Below, one piece after another: positions 18,462-28,883 of a stretch of DNA of 64,000 nt (position 1 is the stretch's first letter; each line of letters opens with the position of its first letter). A model generated the notes under the pieces. It was not told where the DNA came from. It did no database searches and saw only the letters and a list, made by a program, of their open reading frames with translations. The DNA is from Chitinophagaceae bacterium (GTDB taxonomy: Bacteria; Bacteroidota; Bacteroidia; Chitinophagales; UBA10324), in NCBI GenBank assembly GCA_947469485.1, contig CANIPU010000016.1, forward strand, positions 395 through 64,394. The letters run 5' to 3'. The position numbers were made by a program, and so were the translations under genes.

Positions 18462-19505
18462 ATGAGAGTAACAAAATCACCGGGTTTATTCAGCAGCTTA
18501 TTGCTTTTACTAACTGTGACTTTGTTGTGGTCATTCCTGCACGCATTTGGATTGTATTGGTCAGGTTTGAGTTGGCAATTCGCAATTATAGATAGTGCGA
18601 TTAGTAACTTATTAAATGTGTTTGTTGTTTTTATTTTATTTAACGCACTTCGTTTTTATCAGCCAACTCCAAAAAAATTATTTTATGTTTTTATCTGGAA
18701 TATTATTTTGGCGAAAGCTGTAACAATAATTTTCAGTTATTTATTCGAACATTTATTTACTGAGATTTTTATTCAGGAAAAAGCGCTGATAAATTCAACA
18801 TTAATTTTCAGAGTAGCATACGAAACTTTTTTACTGACCTCATTTAGTTTGTTTATGTACTTGTGGAATAATTTTAAAAGTCAGCAGGAAAGTTTAATGA
18901 GAAAAAGTGCTTTAGAAAAAATTTCAAAAGAAGCTGAATTATATAATCTGCGCCAGCAGTTGCAACCTCACTTTTTATTCAACAGTTTAAATTCTATCAG
19001 TGCACTTGCAGGATCCCAACCGGAACTGGCGCGTAAAATGATTCAACAGCTTTCTGATTTTTTAAGAGGGACATTGAAAAATGATGAACAACAATTTGCA
19101 ACAATGACTGATGAGTTGGAACAATTGAGATTGTATCTGGAGATTGAAAAAGTACGATTCGGCCATCGCATGAATACAGAAATATATTGTGAATATGAAT
19201 GTTTACAGATGAAATTGCCTTCATTTATATTGCAACCAATTGTTGAAAATGCTATAAAATTCGGGTTGTATGGTTCTTTAGGAGAGGTGTTTATTCGGAT
19301 TAAAATACTTTGCAAAGAAAATTATTTACATATACAGGTTCAAAATCCTTTCGATTTTTTAGTTGCAAAAACACAAAAAGGAACTGGCTTTGGTTTAAAC
19401 TCAGTGCAACGAAGATTGTTTCTGTTATTTTCCAGAAATGATTTGCTTAAATGTGAAGCTGATGAGAAGGAGTTTACTGCAACTATTAAAATACCTCAGT
19501 TATGA
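18462..19505 (+). CDS. LytS/YehU-type sensor histidine kinase
   Basis: N-terminal TM helices. The His_kinase box is LRQQLQPHFLFNSLNSISAL, and the HATPase motifs are VENAIKFG and GTGFGLNSV. Confidence 0.85.
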   Translation: MRVTKSPGLFSSLLLLLTVTLLWSFLHAFGLYWSGLSWQFAIIDSAISNLLNVFVVFILFNALRFYQPTPKKLFYVFIWNIILAKAVTIIFSYLFEHLFTEIFIQEKALINSTLIFRVAYETFLLTSFSLFMYLWNNFKSQQESLMRKSALEKISKEAELYNLRQQLQPHFLFNSLNSISALAGSQPELARKMIQQLSDFLRGTLKNDEQQFATMTDELEQLRLYLEIEKVRFGHRMNTEIYCEYECLQMKLPSFILQPIVENAIKFGLYGSLGEVFIRIKILCKENYLHIQVQNPFDFLVAKTQKGTGFGLNSVQRRLFLLFSRNDLLKCEADEKEFTATIKIPQL

Positions 19506-20245
19506 TCAAATATTTAATAATTGATGATGAACCGCTTGCCCGAGCAATTGTAAAAGAATATCTCCAGCCATACAGTGACTTTGAGTTATTGCAGGAATGT
19601 AATGATGGTTTTGAAGGAGTTAAGGCAATACAGCATCAAAATCCGGATTTGATCTTCTTGGATATTCAAATGCCAAAAATTACAGGTTTCGAAATGTTAG
19701 ATCTGATTGAAAAACTCCCTGCAATTATTTTTACTACAGCGTTTGATGAATATGCAATGAAAGCTTTCGATTCAAATGCTATCGACTATTTATTAAAACC
19801 ATTCAGTAAAGAGAGGTTTGATAAGGCGATTCAGAAATGGCGGCTTCAAAAAGAAAATAGTAAGCAAGTTGAGAGCTTAAGAGAAGTCTTTAAAAATCTT
19901 CTGCCTCAAAATGATGAACAATTCAGGGTTGTTGTTAAAACAGGAAACCAAATTCGAATTATTTCGATTTCAGAAATCAGTTGCATTGAAGCTTGTGACG
20001 ATTATGTAAAGATTCATACCGATGCTGAAGTTTTCATGAAAAAGAAAACAATGAGTTTTTACGAAAGTGTATTAAATGAAAAAGAATTCGTTCGGGTGCA
20101 TCGGTCTTTTATAATTAATCTATCACAAATCAAGAGAATTGAACTGATGGAAAAGGAATCTTATTGTGCTTTACTTAAATCTGGGGTAAAGATCCCATTA
20201 AGTAAGTCTGGGTACACCAGGTTAAAAGATGTATTAGGAATATAG
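19502..20245 (+). CDS. LytTR-family response regulator
   Basis: Receiver domain (IIDDEPLAR...DLIFLDIQMP...LLKPF) plus a LytTR DNA-binding domain (FVRVHRSFIINL). There is a 4-nt ATGA overlap with the kinase gene. Confidence 0.9.
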   Translation: MIKYLIIDDEPLARAIVKEYLQPYSDFELLQECNDGFEGVKAIQHQNPDLIFLDIQMPKITGFEMLDLIEKLPAIIFTTAFDEYAMKAFDSNAIDYLLKPFSKERFDKAIQKWRLQKENSKQVESLREVFKNLLPQNDEQFRVVVKTGNQIRIISISEISCIEACDDYVKIHTDAEVFMKKKTMSFYESVLNEKEFVRVHRSFIINLSQIKRIELMEKESYCALLKSGVKIPLSKSGYTRLKDVLGI

Positions 20246-20376
20246 ACGGGACTTGATTTCAACAGCTTTTTTGGTGCAAATTTCTATCCTAATTAGAAAT
20301 GAATATTTTTGTTGACTGAGGATTTTGATTAGTGTCTGTTTTGTGAAATTAATTTCTTCAAACTAAAATAATTGAA

Positions 20377-21327
20377 ATGATATATTTAGATTTTGAGAAA
20401 CCGATTGAAGAATTGTATGAGCAGCTTGAAAAGCTCAGAAAGATTGGTGAAAGTGGTAAGGTAGATGTTGATTCAGCCGTAACAGAATTGGAAACAAAAA
20501 TCAGCGATGCCAAGAAAAGTATATATAGCTCATTAAGTGGTTGGCAGCGAGTTCAGCTTAGCAGACACCCTGAGAGACCATATACACTTTTTTATATAAG
20601 TAAACTTTGTAACCGGTTTATTGAATTGCATGGCGATAGAAATTTCGGCGATGACAAAGCTATGATTGGTGGCTTGGGCGAAATTGATGGAAAACCAGTA
20701 ATGTTCGTTGGTCAACAAAAGGGTGAGAATACAAAACAAAGGCAGTATAGGAATTTTGGAATGGCAAATCCTGAAGGGTATCGTAAGGCAATGCGTCTTA
20801 TGAAAATGGCAGAAAAATTTAATATTCCGATTGTTTCTCTTATTGATACTCCTGGCGCATTTCCCGGATTAGAAGCTGAAGAAAGAGGACAAGGTGAGGC
20901 AATAGCAAAAAACCTAATGGAAATGACCACCTTGAAAGTTCCTGTTATTTGTATCATAATTGGTGAAGGGGCATCTGGTGGAGCACTTGGCATTGGTATT
21001 GGAGATAAAGTTTTGATGTTGGAAAACACTTGGTACTCAGTAATATCTCCTGAATCTTGTTCTTCAATTTTATGGCACAGCTGGGACTTTAAAGAACAGG
21101 CTGCCGAAGAGTTAAAGCTTACTCCTGAGCATATGAAGAAGTTTAAATTGATTGATGGTATTGTTTCTGAACCATTAGGTGGAGCGCATAATAACCCAGA
21201 TGAGATGGCTGTTACTTTAAAGAAGGAAATTAAAAAATACTTGGCTGAATTGGAAAATTTAAAACCTGAAGAACGAATTGAAATGAGGATAGAAAAATTT
21301 TCTTCAATGGGTGTTTTTAACGATTAA
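20377..21327 (+). CDS. accA: acetyl-CoA carboxylase carboxyltransferase subunit alpha
   Basis: Motifs [32 protein letters not shown] and [14 protein letters not shown]. Confidence 0.92.
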   Translation: MIYLDFEKPIEELYEQLEKLRKIGESGKVDVDSAVTELETKISDAKKSIYSSLSGWQRVQLSRHPERPYTLFYISKLCNRFIELHGDRNFGDDKAMIGGLGEIDGKPVMFVGQQKGENTKQRQYRNFGMANPEGYRKAMRLMKMAEKFNIPIVSLIDTPGAFPGLEAEERGQGEAIAKNLMEMTTLKVPVICIIIGEGASGGALGIGIGDKVLMLENTWYSVISPESCSSILWHSWDFKEQAAEELKLTPEHMKKFKLIDGIVSEPLGGAHNNPDEMAVTLKKEIKKYLAELENLKPEERIEMRIEKFSSMGVFND

Positions 21328-21345
21328 TATTTATTTTGGCTTTTC

Positions 21346-21867
21346 ATGATTAATCAAATAAAAAAATGGTTTCACTTTTACTTCCTCAAAAAGGAATTGA
21401 AGTTTCATAAAGCTCAACGGCAACTTTTAAATATAAATGATGCTAAAGAGATTGGGATCATTTTCGATGCAACTGATGTTGACCAGACTGCAATAATTAA
21501 TCAGTTTGTAGACTCATTAAAGGGATTGAAGAAAAAGATTTACATGTTTGGCTTTTATAATATTCCAAAGCCGGCCATTAATTTTAACTTTCCTTATTTC
21601 AATAAGAAGGATCTTAATTGGTATCTCGAACCATCAGGTATTTTAGTGGAGGAATTCATTGACCGTAAATTTGATATTTTGATTAATGTTAGCATAAAAG
21701 AAAACCTGCCATTGGAATATATTTCTGCTTTATCGCAAGCCTCTTACCGAGTTGGCCTTTATGACCCGAATAAATTATATTGCTATGATCTTATGATTGA
21801 TTTGAAAGGAAATAAAACTTTACAGAAATACATTGATCAGGTAAAACATTACTTACATATACTGTAA
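21346..21867 (+). CDS. hypothetical protein
   Basis: 173-aa ORF tightly spaced between accA and dapA. No family recognised. Confidence 0.55.
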   Translation: MINQIKKWFHFYFLKKELKFHKAQRQLLNINDAKEIGIIFDATDVDQTAIINQFVDSLKGLKKKIYMFGFYNIPKPAINFNFPYFNKKDLNWYLEPSGILVEEFIDRKFDILINVSIKENLPLEYISALSQASYRVGLYDPNKLYCYDLMIDLKGNKTLQKYIDQVKHYLHIL

Positions 21868-21870
21868 ACC

Positions 21871-22758
21871 ATGCAATCAAAATTAAGAGGAACAGGTGTA
21901 GCTATTGTTACACCATTTTTTGCTGATCACCGAATAAATTTTAATGCACTTGGTAATATAGTTGATTATATTATTAAAGGAAAATGCGAATACATTGTAG
22001 TACTTGGTACAACAGGAGAAAATGTTACACTTAGTAATGATGAAAAGCAAGAAGTTTTCTCATTTGTTCTCAATCGCGCTAAAAAGAAAATTGGTTTAGT
22101 TGCGGGAGTAGGAGGAAATAATACCAATGAAGTTGTAAGCCAGCTTAGTAATTTAAATTTGGAAGGATACGATGCCATCCTTTCTGTTAGCCCATATTAT
22201 AACAAACCATCTCAAGAAGGAATTTATCAGCATTTTATTACTCTGGCAGCGAGCAGTCCATTACCAATTATTCTTTACAATGTTCCATCTCGAACAATGA
22301 GTAACATAACAGCTGAAACAACCATAAGGCTGGCAAATGCATCTGGAAAAATAATTGGAATTAAAGAGGCTTCCGGTAACCTAATTCAAATGATGCAAAT
22401 AGTACAAAATCGTCCGAAAGGTTTTTTAGTTATATCTGGTGATGATCCCTTAACCCTTCCATGTATATCATTCGGTATGGATGGTGTTATTAGTGTTGCG
22501 GCTAATGCTTTTCCTAAGGAAACTTCGAAAATGGTTCGGGCAGCATTGGCAGGAAAATTTTCAACAGCAGAAAAAGATCATTATAAGTTATTAGATGTTA
22601 CAGAGTTAATGTTTGCAGAAGGCAACCCTTGTGGTGTAAAGGAAATTTTATCTCAAATGAATTTATGTGAATCGCATGTTCGTCTGCCATTAACATCAGT
22701 TTCTGATTCACTTAAAGAAAAAATCAGAGTTGAATTAGAAAAGATGAGTAAATCATAA
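21871..22758 (+). CDS. dapA: 4-hydroxy-tetrahydrodipicolinate synthase
   Basis: Motifs GTGVAIVTPF, VVLGTTGE, YYNKPSQEG and LYNVPSRT, plus the Schiff-base region GIKEASGN. Confidence 0.9.
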   Translation: MQSKLRGTGVAIVTPFFADHRINFNALGNIVDYIIKGKCEYIVVLGTTGENVTLSNDEKQEVFSFVLNRAKKKIGLVAGVGGNNTNEVVSQLSNLNLEGYDAILSVSPYYNKPSQEGIYQHFITLAASSPLPIILYNVPSRTMSNITAETTIRLANASGKIIGIKEASGNLIQMMQIVQNRPKGFLVISGDDPLTLPCISFGMDGVISVAANAFPKETSKMVRAALAGKFSTAEKDHYKLLDVTELMFAEGNPCGVKEILSQMNLCESHVRLPLTSVSDSLKEKIRVELEKMSKS

Positions 22759-22835
22759 ATTGTAAAATTGAACTACAAAAAACTCCGCCTTGAAAGTGTA
22801 TGGTTTTTAGAATTCATTCATCTTTAACTTTTGAA

Positions 22836-24029
22836 TTAATTTTTCACTACCTGACTAACCAACTCAGCAGCTTCGCTCAATAAAATTGCGGAATGAACTT
22901 TTAATCCACTGTTGTCAATCAATTCTTTTCCTAATTCTGCATTAGTGCCCTGGAGACGAACGATAATTGGAATTTTTATTTCACCAATGTTTTTATAAGC
23001 ATCAACCACTCCTTGAGCAACACGGTCGCAACGAACAATTCCACCGAAAATATTTATAAGAATTGCTTTCACATTCGGGTCGGCTAATATTATTCTGAAA
23101 CCAGCCTCAACTGTTTGGGCATTTGCCGAACCACCAACATCTAAAAAATTAGCTGGTGAACCTCCGGCTAATTTAATCATATCCATGGTTGCCATTGCCA
23201 AACCTGCACCATTCACCATGCATCCAACATTGCCATCTAATTTTATAAAATTCAGATTGTACTTACCAGCTTCTACTTCTGTTGGATCTTCTTCGGTAAT
23301 ATCTCGAAGTTCAGGATAAACCGGATGACGATAAATAGCATTGTCATCAATACTCACTTTTGCATCCACAGCAATAATCCGGTTATCATGTGTTTTTAAT
23401 ACAGGATTAATTTCAAGCATTGCAGCATCACTGTTGATATATGCATTGTATAAACTGCTTACAAACTTCACCATGTTTTTAAAAGCCTCACCACTCAAGC
23501 CGAGGTTATATGCAATTTTTCTTGCCTGAAAGGCCTGCAACATTCCTTTAGGGTCAATCCATTCTTTCTGTATTTTTTCAGGATGCTTGTCAGCTACTTC
23601 TTCAATCTCCATTCCTCCTTCAGTGGAATAAATAATCACATTTTGTTTTTTTTCACGATCAAGCAAAATGCTCATGTAAAATTCTTTCCGTTGCTCAGGT
23701 TCACCACCATATACATCCTGTGCAATTAATACTTTGTTTACTTTTTTTCCGGCAGGTCCTGTTTGCGGAGTAATTAAAGTCATACCTAAAATATCAGTGA
23801 CTTTCTCTTTTAGTTTATCCATAGAAGTGGCAACTTTAACACCTCCTCCTTTACCACGACCACCTGCATGTATCTGTGCCTTCACTACCCAGCAAGTTGT
23901 TCCGGTGGTTTGTTTTAAATTATCAGCAGCTTCAATTGCATCATGTAATGTAGCTACTGCAATTCCTTCCTGAATTGGTACTCCGTTTTTCTTTAGTATT
24001 TCCTTGCCTTGATATTCGTGAAGATTCAT
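22836..24029 (-). CDS. sucC: succinate--CoA ligase (ADP-forming) subunit beta
   Basis: Motifs MNLHEYQGKEIL, KAQIHAGGRGKGGGVK, NGAGLAMATMD and NIFGGIVRCD. Confidence 0.93.
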   Translation of the reverse strand: MNLHEYQGKEILKKNGVPIQEGIAVATLHDAIEAADNLKQTTGTTCWVVKAQIHAGGRGKGGGVKVATSMDKLKEKVTDILGMTLITPQTGPAGKKVNKVLIAQDVYGGEPEQRKEFYMSILLDREKKQNVIIYSTEGGMEIEEVADKHPEKIQKEWIDPKGMLQAFQARKIAYNLGLSGEAFKNMVKFVSSLYNAYINSDAAMLEINPVLKTHDNRIIAVDAKVSIDDNAIYRHPVYPELRDITEEDPTEVEAGKYNLNFIKLDGNVGCMVNGAGLAMATMDMIKLAGGSPANFLDVGGSANAQTVEAGFRIILADPNVKAILINIFGGIVRCDRVAQGVVDAYKNIGEIKIPIIVRLQGTNAELGKELIDNSGLKVHSAILLSEAAELVSQVVKN

Positions 24030-24137
24030 TGTTGTTAAATTTTTCGGTGCTGCGAAAATAATTGCAATACTTTATCATGGAAGTAGAATATTGAATAGTT
24101 ATCTACTGATTCATAAGGAATGAAAAAGTCGGATTTG

Positions 24138-24605
24138 TTAAGGATAATTTATCCGGGGCAGAATTCTGAGTGAAGAGGATGATAAAAAGTCTTTGTCATT
24201 GTCAAATATGAAGCGGATAACAAATAAAGCATCGTCACAACAAGGTTTAAGAGATTCAACAGGCCCTTTTTTTTCAGGGACTCCTTCTGGAGCATTAGGC
24301 TTGCTTCCGGGAAAAAATGCTGTAGCATCAAATACCAATGTGTCTTTTGAGCTGAAGTCATTTCTTTTTTTTAAAGCGAGTCGGTAACCATTAACCCAAA
24401 CAGAATCAAAGGCAATGGTTGAGTCTGACCTTGAAATGTAAAAGCGATAGTTAGTGCCTTTTCCTGACCCCATTGCTCCACCCGACCATGATTGAGAAGT
24501 GCCATAATAAATTTTCATTTCGGGTTTTGATTTAACCGAACCCTGTTGATTGCACTTACTCATTTGAGTAACTGTTAGTATTATTAAAAGGTATTTTATC
24601 ATCAA
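24138..24605 (-). CDS. hypothetical secreted/lipoprotein-like protein
   Basis: 155-aa ORF overlapping the holA stop by 4 nt, with a hydrophobic N-terminus and Cys (TQMSKCNQ). No family recognised. Confidence 0.5.
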   Translation of the reverse strand: MMIKYLLIILTVTQMSKCNQQGSVKSKPEMKIYYGTSQSWSGGAMGSGKGTNYRFYISRSDSTIAFDSVWVNGYRLALKKRNDFSSKDTLVFDATAFFPGSKPNAPEGVPEKKGPVESLKPCCDDALFVIRFIFDNDKDFLSSSSLRILPRINYP

Positions 24606-25612
24606 TGTAAAATTTTAAATATCATTTCTTTCATTAATTCGTCTTGTGAAGTATTGGTTGAATTAACCCCTTTAAATTTCATTTCATATTCACCGATTGT
24701 TTGCAAAACAAGTTCAGTTTTTTTTGGAGGATAATTTTTCATTGCCGTTAAATATTCATCGGCAAAAAAGGGATTGATGCCTATTGCAGAGGCGACAGAA
24801 TTTTTATCGCGTGCGCCAAATGAATGTGCGACATATACTTTTTGAAAATAACCGAATAAAGTACCTGTTACTAAAACAGCAGGATTGCTTTTTAGGTTTG
24901 ATGCAAAATATTTAATAATTCGATTTGCTTTTAAAACATCCCTGAATGCAAGTGCTCTGTTTAATTCAAACGAATTGTATTCGCGCGACAAACCAATGTT
25001 TTTAGTAATGTCATCAACATCTATTGTCTTTTCTTTTGGAATGTTGATGATTAATTTTTCTACTTCCGTAGCAATTCTGTTTAAATCATTTCCAACAAAT
25101 TCAGCCATTAAAGCGGCAGCGGGTTCGTTTATTTTAAATCCTTCCTCCTTAATGTGGTTCTCAATCCATTGCGGGAGTTTGCTGTCATAGATTTTATCTG
25201 AAGTTACAAATACTGAATGATCAACAATTGTTTTAACAAATTTTTTACGCTTATCTAATTTCTTGTGTTTATGACAAATCACCAAAATGGTTGACTTCAA
25301 TGGTTTTTCGAAATACGGAATCATCATTTCCCATTCATCTACTTTAATATTCTGTGCTTCTTTTACAACAACTACCTGGTATGTACCCATCATTGGGTAT
25401 CCGCGTGCGTAATCATTTATTTGGTTAACATTGGTGTCTTTTCCATATAAAACAAACTGATTAAAGCTTTTTTCCGAATCAGTTAATACATTGTGTTCAA
25501 TGAAATTACTGATGCTATCAATGTAAAAACCTTCTTCGCCCTCTAGAAAATAAACAGGGTGATAAATTTTACTTTTCAATTCTTTAATTACATCAGAATA
25601 TTCTTTTTTCAT
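24602..25612 (-). CDS. holA: DNA polymerase III subunit delta
   Basis: 336 aa. N-terminus has PVYFLEGEEGFYID. Length and helical C-terminal domains are typical of HolA, and the HsdR_N-domain neighbour is as usually seen in Bacteroidota. Confidence 0.75.
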   Translation of the reverse strand: MKKEYSDVIKELKSKIYHPVYFLEGEEGFYIDSISNFIEHNVLTDSEKSFNQFVLYGKDTNVNQINDYARGYPMMGTYQVVVVKEAQNIKVDEWEMMIPYFEKPLKSTILVICHKHKKLDKRKKFVKTIVDHSVFVTSDKIYDSKLPQWIENHIKEEGFKINEPAAALMAEFVGNDLNRIATEVEKLIINIPKEKTIDVDDITKNIGLSREYNSFELNRALAFRDVLKANRIIKYFASNLKSNPAVLVTGTLFGYFQKVYVAHSFGARDKNSVASAIGINPFFADEYLTAMKNYPPKKTELVLQTIGEYEMKFKGVNSTNTSQDELMKEMIFKILH

Positions 25613-25617
25613 ATAAA

Positions 25618-26388
25618 TCAGAATCTCAAATGCTTTACCGTATGGCCGTTATTAATTAATTGTTTTAATGATTCTATGCCAATTTTTAAATGATTTTCAA
25701 CAAATTTTTCTGTTACAATTTTATCACTTCTTTCCGTTTTAACCCCTTCCGATACCATTGGCTGATCACTAACAAGCAATAAAGAACCGGCAGGAATTTT
25801 ATTGGCAAATGCAGTTATGAAAATTGTGGCTGTTTCCATATCAATTCCCATAACACGAATTTTCTGAAGGTATTTTTTAAAAACATCATCGTGCTCCCAA
25901 ACTCTTCGGTTTGTGCTATATACTGTTCCTGTCCAGTAATCTTGTTTGTTATCGCGAATAGTTGTACTTATTGCTTTTTGCAAAGCGAATGAAGGTAAGG
26001 CAGGAACTTCAGGAGGAAAATAATCATTAGATGTTCCTTCGCCTCTTATAGCTGCAATTGGTAGTATTAAATCACCTAGTTTGTTTTTCTTCTTCAACCC
26101 ACCGCATTTTCCTAAAAACAATACCGCTTTAGGTTGAACAGCACTAAGCAAATCCATTATTGTTGCTGCATTTGGGCTACCCATACCAATATTAATTATT
26201 GTTATTCCTTCAGCAGTTGCATTATGCATTGCACGATCTTTTCCTTTTACTTCAACTTTATTCCATTTCGCAAATAATTCAACATAATTGCTGAAATTAG
26301 TTAGAAGGATGTACTTGCTGAATTCATTTATTTCAAGGCCGGTATACCGGGGAAGCCAATTGTCAACTATTTCTTTTTTTGTTTTCAT
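25618..26388 (-). CDS. AMP nucleosidase-like protein (catalytic PNP_UDP fold only)
   Basis: GMGSPNAATIMD, LGKCGGL and GIDMETATIF resemble the Amn C-terminal catalytic domain. At 256 aa it lacks the regulatory N-domain. Confidence 0.65.
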   Translation of the reverse strand: MKTKKEIVDNWLPRYTGLEINEFSKYILLTNFSNYVELFAKWNKVEVKGKDRAMHNATAEGITIINIGMGSPNAATIMDLLSAVQPKAVLFLGKCGGLKKKNKLGDLILPIAAIRGEGTSNDYFPPEVPALPSFALQKAISTTIRDNKQDYWTGTVYSTNRRVWEHDDVFKKYLQKIRVMGIDMETATIFITAFANKIPAGSLLLVSDQPMVSEGVKTERSDKIVTEKFVENHLKIGIESLKQLINNGHTVKHLRF

Positions 26389-26470
26389 TTAAAAAGTTCA
26401 ATGGCTAAAAGTAATGATTACAATGATTATTCATTGTAGCTAAACTGTTCCTGATTAGCTTCGCCGAATT

Positions 26471-26920
26471 ATGAAAGCTCTGCCTATAATATTTAAAGAA
26501 TATTCTTTTCGTTTCCGAAAGCGTTCAGGTAAAGACGAAGTGTTTGATATTCTTAGAAAAAAATTTGTTGCGCTTACACCAGAAGAAAAAGTGAGGCAAA
26601 AATTAATCAACTATTTGATTTTTGAATTACAGTATCCGAAAGGCTTGATTGGAATTGAAAAAGGATTGAATGTAAACGGTAAACCTAAAAGAATGGATAT
26701 GGTTGTTTATGACAGGGGAGGTTCTGCATTTATGATTTTAGAATGCAAAGCACCATCAGTAAACATTACGCAGGAAGTTTTTGACCAGGCAGCTATGTAC
26801 AATCTTACCCTTAAAGTCCCTTATCTGATTGTCAGTAATGGAAATATTACTTACTGTTGTAAAATTTATTGGGAGGATAAGGAGTTTGAGTTTCTGAATG
26901 AGTTTCCTAAAATAAATTAG
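26471..26920 (+). CDS. HsdR N-terminal (PD-(D/E)xK-like) domain-only protein
   Basis: 149 aa. The RMDMVVYD...FMILECKAP core is compatible with a D...E-x-K nuclease-fold motif, and it sits in the conserved position next to holA. Confidence 0.6.
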   Translation: MKALPIIFKEYSFRFRKRSGKDEVFDILRKKFVALTPEEKVRQKLINYLIFELQYPKGLIGIEKGLNVNGKPKRMDMVVYDRGGSAFMILECKAPSVNITQEVFDQAAMYNLTLKVPYLIVSNGNITYCCKIYWEDKEFEFLNEFPKIN

Positions 26921-26940
26921 CGTAAAAGCAGAGCTTAAAT

Positions 26941-26974
26941 AAAAAAACCGCAGCTGAATTGATGCGGTTTTTTT
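26941..26974. terminator. bidirectional rho-independent terminator
   Basis: A-run, stem accgca (26947-26952) pairing with tgcggt (26963-26968), then a T-run at 26968-26974. It sits between convergent genes. Confidence 0.7.
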
Positions 26975-26993
26975 ATTTCAATGAAAATAAGTA

Positions 26994-27416
26994 TTAATCA
27001 ACTTTAGTAAGATTAATTGTTTCATCTGTAACATAGGTGATACCGGAAAGTGTAATGGTATAATTTCTTGTCCATTTTTCAGATTTAGATTTCATTTCTT
27101 CAACAGTATAAATTGATGCAGTTGTAGCTCCTGTTTCAGTAAAAGTCAATGTCTTATTATCCTTGCTATATGACCAAGTAAAGGCTGTTGAGACAGTTCC
27201 ATCATTAACTGTGCCTGTGCCATCATCTTTAAAAGTCATGCTTAGAGCTCCTGTTTGAGTGCTTGAAGCTGCACCAACAGTATTAATTATTGTATAGTTT
27301 GCATTCCATAAACCATCCTTTTTGGGAAGAATTTTGTTTGGTGCTTTTGAACATGCACTTAAAAGAATTGATAACGAAAATGTAATTGCTAATAAATTGC
27401 GTAATGATTTTTTCAT
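26994..27416 (-). CDS. lipocalin-like lipoprotein
   Basis: Lipobox LLSAC after a signal peptide. The protein is small and beta-rich (TFKDDGTGTV, FTWSYSKDNKTLTF). Confidence 0.65.
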   Translation of the reverse strand: MKKSLRNLLAITFSLSILLSACSKAPNKILPKKDGLWNANYTIINTVGAASSTQTGALSMTFKDDGTGTVNDGTVSTAFTWSYSKDNKTLTFTETGATTASIYTVEEMKSKSEKWTRNYTITLSGITYVTDETINLTKVD

Positions 27417-27485
27417 GAGTTGTTGTTTTTATGGCGGTGAAAATAATAAGCAGAAACCGAAACGGTTAAAACAATATTCTTAAAC

Positions 27486-28817
27486 TTAATATTTTTCCGA
27501 ATTCAGCAATACAATTTTAAAAACTAAGTTCTGATATTCAATTGTTTTAGTAAATGATGAAAAAGAATTTTCATTTTTCAGCCTGTTGACATCAGAAAAT
27601 CCAAGCTGAGCTGATTTTTTTAAACAATCAAATGTTGCTTTGTTGTCTCCGGATTTAGAATAATATACTGCTTTCAAGAACCAGACATCTGGATTTTTTG
27701 CATTAGCTAATTCATAAATTTCTAAAAAGTGTTTTGCAGTTTTCAGGTTGTTTTGATTGAGAAAGTTTTCAGAATAAATGAAACCCAGCATACTTATGTA
27801 ATTCAATTCTCTTGATGCAAGAAATCTAATGCTTGATGGAAAACCGGATTTTTCTTTGGCTTTAAGTTCTTTGATTTTATCATTCCACTTTGGAATATCC
27901 CAGATCTGGAATTGATCATTTAGGGCTTGCTGTTCAGCGGCTTCTTGTTTCAATATTACTGCATCAGTTACACGAGTATTATACCACTCGTTGAAATCCG
28001 GAATTTCATTTGGCTGATTCTTTTTTTCAATTAAATTTTGATTTACAGCTTTTGTAATGAGCCACTTCATTGCAATTTCAAAATATTTTTCATCTGGCCA
28101 GTCATGAATACCATCATATACATATAATTGATGAGTAAATCCTGCATCGCTTAATTCTAAATCTGTCTGAACCATTGAAAGCATATTAAAATCTTTGTTT
28201 CCTGATAAAAGAAAAATTTGTGGCATGTTTTTAATTTCTGAAATTCTTTCGCTGAATGGAGAAGCACAGGCAATTACTCCTCTTATTGCGGAATTAGTGA
28301 AAGCAAAAGTGCAAGCCACTTTTGCCCCGCCTGAAAAACCTGAAGTAAAAATTAAATTTCCATTAATATTGAATCTTGCAGTTGCATCTTTAAGAATTAC
28401 TGATGCAATTTTTTGTGTTTCGGGAAGAGACATTCCATTTTGTGAATTGTTTGAACTGACAAATACAAAATGATATTTCTCTGATAAGGCAAGGTATTTT
28501 TTCAAAGGCAATTTTCCACGCGCATGAGCGTCAAAAAAAATTACCAACGGAAAACTCTTTAAAGTATCATAATCAGAAGGAAGATAGACCTCATAACTCT
28601 GCGTTGTATCGGATGAATATTTGTTAACGCTAGTTATGATTTGATTAGCTAAAGTTTTATCGAATTGATGAAATGATTTTTCTGGGCGAATAGAATCATG
28701 GCTTGTATTGATGCTTTCCAGTTGGTTACGGGATTTATTAGAGTTACATGAATAAAAATAAATACAAAAAGCAATTAGCAGTAAAATCGCAAATTGATTG
28801 GTATAATTAAATCTCAC
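27486..28817 (-). CDS. alpha/beta-hydrolase (esterase) lipoprotein with C-terminal TPR-like region
   Basis: Nucleophile elbow GFSGGAKVA, and a lipoprotein-like N-terminus FYSCNS. GTG 28817 is preferred because the full track ORF would overlap the divergent algH-like gene. Confidence 0.65.
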   Translation of the reverse strand: MRFNYTNQFAILLLIAFCIYFYSCNSNKSRNQLESINTSHDSIRPEKSFHQFDKTLANQIITSVNKYSSDTTQSYEVYLPSDYDTLKSFPLVIFFDAHARGKLPLKKYLALSEKYHFVFVSSNNSQNGMSLPETQKIASVILKDATARFNINGNLIFTSGFSGGAKVACTFAFTNSAIRGVIACASPFSERISEIKNMPQIFLLSGNKDFNMLSMVQTDLELSDAGFTHQLYVYDGIHDWPDEKYFEIAMKWLITKAVNQNLIEKKNQPNEIPDFNEWYNTRVTDAVILKQEAAEQQALNDQFQIWDIPKWNDKIKELKAKEKSGFPSSIRFLASRELNYISMLGFIYSENFLNQNNLKTAKHFLEIYELANAKNPDVWFLKAVYYSKSGDNKATFDCLKKSAQLGFSDVNRLKNENSFSSFTKTIEYQNLVFKIVLLNSEKY

Positions 28818-28883
28818 TTTTGAAAATAAATTTTCTGCTAAGGAACATAAAAAACATTTTGTTAATGAAAAGCAAATGATTGT

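Noticed and set aside
26471-26920. HsdR N-terminal-domain protein as evidence for a type I restriction-modification or defence locus
   Set aside because: There is no methylase, specificity subunit, helicase/ATPase domain or other defence gene nearby. This stand-alone domain next to holA is a common conserved arrangement in Bacteroidota.
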